A DNA stretch of 64,000 nucleotides from Octopus sinensis (lineage: Eukaryota). Positions within the stretch are counted from its first letter, which is position 1; every line of letters begins with the position of its first letter. This document shows, piece after piece, positions 56,010 to 64,000 of this stretch. The stretch spans positions 104,346,001 to 104,410,000 of the forward strand of contig NC_042998.1 of assembly GCF_006345805.1 (NCBI RefSeq). Reading direction: 5' to 3'. The translations under genes were made by a program, and so were the position numbers. A model generated the notes under the pieces. The model saw nothing but the letters and a program-made list of their open reading frames with translations, had not been told where the DNA came from and did no database searches.

Positions 56010-56367
56010 GTGTTGTGTATGTGTGTGTGTATGTGTGTGTGTGTGTGTGTGTGTGTTGCGAGTGTCTGTGAATTTCAATGTGGATCTTAGATGTATGGTG
56101 TCAGAAATAATTTGTTTGAAACGAAACAAGGATGGGTGATTTGGGTTTTGTGTATATACGTGTGTGTATGTACCAATATATCAAGACTAAACTATGTGTA
56201 CATTGAATGACAGCAAATATACATGTTTACACACACACATATACACACACATACACCACATATATATATATATATTGTTGTGTGTGTGTGTTGTGTGTAC
56301 TATGCATATACATAACATACATACTATATTTATATATATATCATATTATATATATATATAATATAAT

Positions 56368-56398
<31 letters not shown>

Positions 56399-57215
56399 TA
56401 TAGATAGATATAAGAGATAGATAGATGATAGATAGATAGATAGATATGGATTTAAATGCATGTATGAAAATATGTATAGCGTATATATGTGTGATATATA
56501 TAATGCGTGTTTCTTACATATCGAATTTCCTTAGAATAATAACGAAATGCATTACTACAGCTAGTAATGTTTATGTGATAAAAATGCTGTCCGTGTACAC
56601 GCGCGTGCGTGTGTATATATGTGTGTGTGTGCGTGTGGGTGCGTGTAGATGATACATTATAAAGAAGGTAATGTAAAATGGAGAGTGAAAGTGATATGGA
56701 CATATATTATTTTTATATTGTGTATATTCATATATAGCGTATACGTTTATAAGGCTAGCAATAAGAATAATTTTCTTTTAAATTTACTTTCTAAAATTAT
56801 ATCAGAAACGTGGAAATTAGAGTTCGTATGCTAATTTGATTTTTACATGCAAAATATATATACCACCATACATAGAACATACATCCATGTGTGTGTGTGT
56901 GTGTGTGTGTATAAACATAGATTCATTTATGTTTTTTTTGTTTGCATTTATATATGTAGATACATTTTGCTCTCTCTCTCTCTCAAGTGAGAGAGAGAGA
57001 GAGAGGAGGGGAGAGAGTGTGCTATAAAAATACATTTATGTGTACACATATGTATGTGTGTGTATATATATATGTGTAAGTATATAGCTATATATATATA
57101 TATGAGGAGTGTGTGTAAGAATATATAGATATATATATATATGTACGTATATATGCATATGTATATCAATATGTATACACATACATAGTGATATATACCT
57201 ATATATGTTTATACA

Positions 57216-57246
<31 letters not shown>

Positions 57247-57318
57247 ATGGATGCGGTGTGTATATAAGTGCTTGAGGGTATCTCTCTCACTGTTTGTCTA
57301 TTGTGTGCATACATATAT

Positions 57319-57389
<71 letters not shown>

Positions 57390-58072
57390 AAGAGTCAGTC
57401 GGATCGGAGACAGATTTTTGATAGTGTAGTGAAGCATACTTGACCTGAATGCATCTATAATTTTTTCGTGTTTTTTTATTTCCCCATTTGTTTTTTTTTA
57501 TTACTTTCTTGTTTGAAGATAGATTTCTTTTAATTGATGTCTTGGGAGAAATTTTTATGATCAGAATTTCCGAATTTGTGAGACCTTCTCGTCGAGTATC
57601 TCACTTTTGTCACATGTGTTTTGTGTGCACACCTACGTTTGTGTATGCTTGCTTACAAGTGGACGCATGTTCGTGGTTTTATGTGAGAGTGTTTAAAAGC
57701 TTGCTTACGTATTTCTTGTGTCTCTAGTTTATATATTTTCATCTATTGCTGATGTAATTCTCCTTTCGTTCTCTCATGCTTTTAGTTCTACATTTAAGAT
57801 TTTCTAGACAGATGAATAATTTACCTCTCTGCAAGAAATTAATTTATTAAAACTACAGAACAAGTCAGCAAACAACACATCAATGGAATAAGATTTCACT
57901 TGCTGTTCTGCGTTATCTATCATATAATATTTTCCATTATCTTCCATCTATAAAATCACTCTTATTTAACTCTTCTCTGATCTTTCCTTATGATCTTTGC
58001 CTTCGTTTCTTTTTTCTTTACCATTATCTTTCCATTCATTAAACACCTTTTACATTATTTAACTCAGCAAAG

Positions 58073-58103
<31 letters not shown>

Positions 58104-58109
58104 GTAGTT

Positions 58110-58149
<40 letters not shown>

Positions 58150-58171
58150 CAGCAGCAGCAGTAGCAGTAGC

Positions 58172-58219
<48 letters not shown>

Positions 58220-59070
58220 TTAAAAATTCTGGAGTTAAGATTGATAAAATTTGTAAAACCTACCTTGGTAATAAACGTCACTTTTTTTTTTGTTTTTTAT
58301 TCACTATTTTTTGAGATAACAAATCAAGTTTTAATTATTCTGTATGATTTTTACGTACACTTCGGTAAGAATTTAGTTTTAAAGAATATTTTATGTCTGT
58401 GACCTTTTCTTTCTTTCTTTTTATTTTATTTAAATTTTTTTTAAAAATACATCACTGGTTTTACAAGTCTATATTTACTGCTTCTTGAGAGACTTAGCAA
58501 AAGTTCAGCTACGAAAATAATGAACAGTAAATATTTTCCAGTCTGAATTTTGTTAAAAATGATGGAGTATAATATTATACAATTTGCAATACATTTGTGG
58601 ATGTTTATTTATGCATGAATATAGGATGCTACCTACTTACTTACCTACCTACCAACCTACCTATCTAAGTAACTACATACATACATACATACATACATAC
58701 ATACATACATGCATGGATACATACATAAGTACATATATACATGCATACGTAGCTATCTACATGCAAACACATATTTTCATACAGGTCTCTCTGTCTATAT
58801 ATATTGTACCTATGTGTACATATGCAGATGTGTGGGTATATATACATATACATAAAATAACGAAAGTGGCTAGACGCAATTCACAGCCAAAAAGGAAATA
58901 ATTCACCGTCACTAAAATGTGACGTAGAGTTTTGAACTGCATACATATAAATATATATGCATGGGCATAATATATATGAAAGTGCAAATATGCATGTGTA
59001 CACATACACACATGCATGCATAAACGCATTCATACATATATGTATATATGCGTGCGTGTATGTATGTATG

Positions 59071-59101
<31 letters not shown>

Positions 59102-59161
59102 GTATGTATGTATGTATGTATGTATGTATGTATGTATGTATGTATGTATGTATGTATGTAT

Positions 59162-59588
59162 GTAGGCATATATGTATAGATAATGAGAAGGATGACTCGG
59201 AGGGTCAAAAAAGAAATTTACAAGATAAACAAAAAAAACTCACAAACGAACGGAAACGTACTTTACACCGTATCAGCTATCGGCTAAACATCATCACTGT
59301 TTCGACACATTTCGACAATATAGCTCAATTTGACTGTGTCAGCAACATGTTTAGCTGGGGGGGGGCAGTTATGCGAAGGTAAGAAACGAACACGGACAGG
59401 GATTGTTTAGGTAAGAATAGTGAGAGACATGATACTTTCTTCAAAATAAATTGTTATTAGAATGACAAACTGGGAGATCCAGGGATATACAAAATGAAGA
59501 AAATATTTATCCGCAAAGAAGTAATGCTTTTTTACCACAAATTTACGATCATTACATACATTTGCATACACCCACAGACACACACAGA

Positions 59589-59619
<31 letters not shown>

Positions 59620-60860
59620 ACACACACACATATATACATACATATATACACACACATACACACACATATATATATATATATACATATATGTGTGTGTGTA
59701 TGTATGTATGTATGTATGTATGTATGTATATAGTGATACATATAGTGCCTTTGTGCATGTTCCTTACATATAGCTTCTGTATTGCATGTTATAATATATT
59801 TAAGCCTAAGTTTTATTATAATAATTCTCATGTATCCCCTAGAGTTAAATTATAAAAACAACTTGCGGAAGTGCGGAAAATATTAAAGGGACAAATTCAT
59901 TAAATACTTCAGTGATAAGACATGCTTGATTGGTTCGGGTTTCATAAACCAGATTGCTAGCATGGCCGCTATTAAAACTCTACTCTTTAAAGGCGTGTAC
60001 TTAATGTTCACTTCACGTAGAACTATATTCAGCATTATACGCATACATTATCTGTTGAGTTCAAATTATCTTTCTATTACATTGAATGTAGAGATGAATT
60101 CACCTTCACATTTTTATATTACTTGTAGTTGAATACATGCATATATTACATGTTCATAATCTGTATTCATATGTTACACGTAGAATCCAATTCACAACTC
60201 TATTGGTACATTACGTGTAAATTTGAATTGAGAATTGAAATCAGAATTGTAAACATATATTACATGTAGAGCTGAATTCAACCTTATATAATAACAAAAC
60301 ATTAGTTAATTTTATGCTGCCGCTGCAGCTCAAATGATTTGGTAGGTCACAGAGGGACAGAGAGAGTATTTGTGCACACTTTCGACCTGCGAAACATAAC
60401 CTAATCATCCTGAAAATCTCACCTTAGAGTACAGTCTTAGAGTACAATGTAGTCCTAGGCTCAAAGTGTCAAAGCAAAACATTAGTTGAATCTTGATCCG
60501 TTGGAAGACAAAATCGAAGTTTAATCAAGCAGAGTGAACCCGAGATAGAGGTCAAGAAGACTAGCAACAGCTGTTGGCTTTTCTTTTCTTTTTGAAGCTA
60601 CTATTGATATTTACGGCTTATGTTGGCCGTTCACCAATCCCACAACTTATGTATGCATGCATGTATGTATGTATGTATGTATGTATGTATGTATGTATGT
60701 ATGTATGTATGTATGTATGTATGTATGTATGTATGTATGTATGCATATATGTATGTATATATGTATGTAGGCATATATGTATACATAATGAGAATGATGA
60801 CTCAGAGGGTCAAAAAAGAAATTTACAAGGTAAACGAAAAAACTCACAAACGAACGGAAA
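59162..60860. repeat. Dispersed direct duplication of a roughly 95-bp unique unit (59162-59256 and 60767-60860), each following (TATG)n
   Basis: GTAGGCATATATGTATA.ATAATGAGAA.GATGACTC.GAGGGTCAAAAAAGAAATTTACAAG.TAAAC...ACTCACAAACGAACGGAAA; about 6 differences. Confidence 0.9.
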
Positions 60861-61960
60861 AAAGTTCAGTTACGTATTTTATGTATGGAAAAAAGCTCAG
60901 GTACATACTTTATTGATCCTGAAAAGATTAAATGTGGGGTTTCCCTGTGCAGTTATTGAAATTCAAACACAAAGGGACATGAGTAAAAATCAAAAATCAA
61001 ATAAAGGTGGAAAAGCAATTCGTCCATCAGAAAAATGATGCGACAGTGTGTGGTGTGTGTATATATTTCTGCGTGTGTATGTATGCGACAGTGCGTGTGG
61101 ACAGATTCCCTGTGTCTGTATGTATATACACATACATCGAGTATCTGAGTTTATATACATGTATACATATATACACACATGTATGTATATAAACTTGTAT
61201 AAGCTATGGATTCTGGCTATCACAGAAAGTTCCTCTAACGGATCCGGCTATCAGATCAGGTAGTAACGAAATACAAAGAAGTGTTATGCACTGTGTCCAT
61301 GCAACTTAAATCCAGAAGAACTGATCAATGAAATTCCATCATGTGGGGTATACAAACCATAAACAGTTAGGGGGTATAAGAGATGTATATATTTATTTAA
61401 CTATTTGACATCCTTAGGATTACGATCGTTTCGTAGCCTTCTTCGAGCAGTAATAATTTCAGTGTTGAATAAAATTATGTGTACATGGTTGTATTAATAC
61501 GCATGCTATGCATTACGCAATTCAATTGTATATTCATAAATCAGTGCAAATAAAGAAAGCTAGCTCATTAGATCATCAGAATATTATGATTACACCAATG
61601 ATACAACTCTGTTGTATATTCAGCTCTGTGAAAATATTATATAATGTATAGCATACATATTAGTACAAACGCGTAAACATAATTTTATTCCGCACTGAAA
61701 TTATTACTAAATGAAGAAGGCTGCAAACCACCGTAATCCTAATGGTGTCAAGTGGTTAATTAGAACATTCATCCTTCATACCTCTCGACTTTTTATGGTT
61801 TATATATATATAAACATATACATACATACACAAACACACACACACACGTTTATTATATATATATATATATATATAATATATATTATATATATATATATTA
61901 TATATATACCAACACACACACACAATATATACTTATATACATGTATATACATATATGTGC

Positions 61961-61991
<31 letters not shown>

Positions 61992-62129
61992 CACGTGCGT
62001 GCACACGCGCACACACATAGACACACACACATATTAATATATATACATATACATATATACATATATGCGTATACATTTATGAGTGGCCTCAAAATTATCA
62101 CAAGAGAACAGGAAACCATGATGGCCCTC

Positions 62130-62585
62130 TGAAGGACATTTGTCCCCAGCCATTTAGACTAATGTTCTCAACTATGATTACCATATAGCGTAAAATTAAT
62201 GGTGGAACTCGAAACAATTTAGCAAAGCTACATGAAGAAGATCGTGTCAATGTGGCATGTCACTTACTGGAAAACACTGGAAAAGTTAAGACTCTACTGC
62301 CAAGAACGAAGGTGGGAAAGATATGCAGTGATATACATCTGGAAAAACCTGAAGAACTTGTGCTAGACTTTACTGCTGCAGCTTGAGTTTCAAGGGCTTA
62401 CAGCTTTTCAGTAACCTCCCACAAAGCCTGAGAAACGTACATGAGATGGATGTCGGTGTTTTCGGAACGAAACTAGATCTCCTCATGTCAAGAGTTTGGG
62501 ATAAATCTACTTCGCAACAAGAAACGCAGATGTTGGGAGCAACATCAAACTTCTTCATTTACCAAATGGTACGTATCAGAAGTTT
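62130..62585 (+). mobile_element. CR1-clade LINE 3' fragment
   Basis: YWKTLEKLRLYCQERRWERYAVIYIWK and SFKGLQLFSNLPQSLRN...KLDLLMSRVWD...SNFFIYQ match CR1 post-RT C-terminal motifs. Confidence 0.8.
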
Positions 62586-62586
62586 C

Positions 62587-62649
<63 letters not shown>

Positions 62650-62675
62650 ATATATATATATATATAATTATATTA

Positions 62676-62795
62676 CAGGGTGGCCCAAAGTAGGTTTACA
62701 GTTATCACATAGGCACTTTAAATTTCTTTTAAAACATTTTATATTTAAATTTCCATCTTACAATTCACTAAATTAGCATAGAATAATTGTTAATA
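62676..62795 (+). mobile_element. Possible left end of a second Tc1/mariner-type element (CAGGGTG-type TIR) into which the mariner inserted
   Basis: TA|CAGGGTGGCCCAAAGTAGGTTTACAG begins at the edge of a (TA)n tract; no partner TIR within the window. Confidence 0.4.
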
Positions 62796-62797
62796 TA

Positions 62798-64000
62798 CGA
62801 GGGACGTTCAATAAGTAATGTCCCTGACCCACTTGCGGTTGTTTGATCTAGCTGGAATTTTGCATGTGCAATTCAATTATTTATATCTCTATAGATGAAG
62901 TGGCAAATTACAGCTCTGAACTAATTGTGGTTTCTGATTTACAGGTGTTTGAACTGAGTCAAGTGTGAAATGGAGCCTGTTGAGTGTCGAGCAGTGATCC
63001 GGTTTTTGTATTTGAAAGAACGCACACCACGGGAGACTTTTGATGAAATAAAAGTAACTTATGGTGATGATGCCCCATCATATGACCTTGTAAAACACTG
63101 GCATCGTGAAATCAAACATGGTCGGAACTCTGTGGAAACAGCTCCCAGATCTGGTCACCCCCTCCTGCCATTGATGAGGCATCTGTCCGTCAAGTTGAGG
63201 CTGCCATTTTGGAAGATCGACGCATAACTATTCGCCAAATAGCCCATGAGGTCAAGATTAGTACCGGGTCTATGGAAACTATCATTCATGACCATTTGCA
63301 TATGCAAAAGGTGTCTGCCAGATGGATTCCCAGGTTGCTCACACCTTTCCAGAAGCAAGAACGCGTCGAGTGCTCGAGGATGAATTTGCAGATATGCCAA
63401 GAAGATGAGTCAAAATTTTTCAAAAGACTGATTACACAGGATGAAACTTGGGTCCATCACTATGATCCAGACACCAAAGCCCAGTCAATGCAGTGGAAGC
63501 ACCGTGACTCACCTCCTCCAAAGAAGGCAAGGGTGCAGCCCTCCGCTGGCAAGGTCATGCTCACAGTTTTCTGGGACCAGGACGGAGTAGTGATGACAGA
63601 TTTCCTGGCAAAGGGTACCACAATTACAGGAGCCTATTATGCTTCACTTTTGAGGAAATTAAGAGAAGCTATCAAAATCAAGAGGCGGGGTAAGATCAGC
63701 AAAGGCATCCTCCTCCTGCAGGACAACGCTCCGGTCCACAACTTGTGTGTCGCCAGATCAGAAGCACAGGCGTGCGGCTATGAACTCCTCCCCCATCCCC
63801 CCTACCCTCCTGACATTGCACCCTCTGATTTTCACCTCTTTCCAGCCATGAAGTTGTTTTTGAAAGGAAAGCGTTTCCCAAATAAGGCAGCCTTGATTTC
63901 TGAAGTCATGTTGTGGTTGGAGGACCAAGCTGGGGTCTTCTTCAAAAACGGTCTCCAGAGCTGCATCAAACGATGGGAGAAATGCGTATCTCTGGGTGGT
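62798..64000 (+). mobile_element. Mariner (D,D34D) transposon, left TIR through almost the whole transposase; runs off the window
   Basis: TA|CGAGGGACGTTCAATAAGTAATG 5' terminus, 172-bp leader, transposase starting at 62970. Confidence 0.95.
62970..64000 (+). pseudogene. Mariner transposase with a single 1-nt frameshift near codon 64-66
   Basis: Codons 1-64 contain the HTH region and RSGHP. The frame 63167-64000 has 278 open codons: WIPRLL (WVPxxL motif), ITQDETW (D1), LLQDNAPVH (D2) and HPPYPPDIAPSDFHLF (D3, 34 residues after D2), ending KRWEKCVSLGG at the window edge. Confidence 0.95.

Overview
Animal genomic DNA that is AT-rich, saturated with microsatellites and dense in transposons. The SINE/LINE/microsatellite make-up strongly resembles an octopus (coleoid cephalopod) genome; this is an inference, not a database match. 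I recognise no host protein-coding gene. Almost every ORF in the supplied track is a translated (TA)n/(CA)n/(TATG)n/(AAT)n repeat. What can be supported: (1) at least three tRNA-headed SINE families in many copies; (2) decayed LINE fragments of L1/Tx1, RTE, CR1 and restriction-like-endonuclease (R4/Dong-like) type; (3) DNA transposons, namely a nearly intact D,D34D mariner at the right edge (278 open codons missed by the ORF track, one frameshift at a C5 run), a DD37E Tc1 fragment, two TA-flanked MITEs, two Helitron-like non-autonomous elements and a fold-back element; (4) short Penelope-type elements carrying minimal type I hammerhead ribozyme motifs, one with an intact catalytic core and sibling copies with co-varying stems; (5) weaker candidates, namely a 54-nt micro-exon with strong splice signals, a pre-miRNA-like hairpin and local duplications. 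Most element boundaries were read by eye and are approximate (about 10-30 bp) unless a TIR or TSD is quoted.
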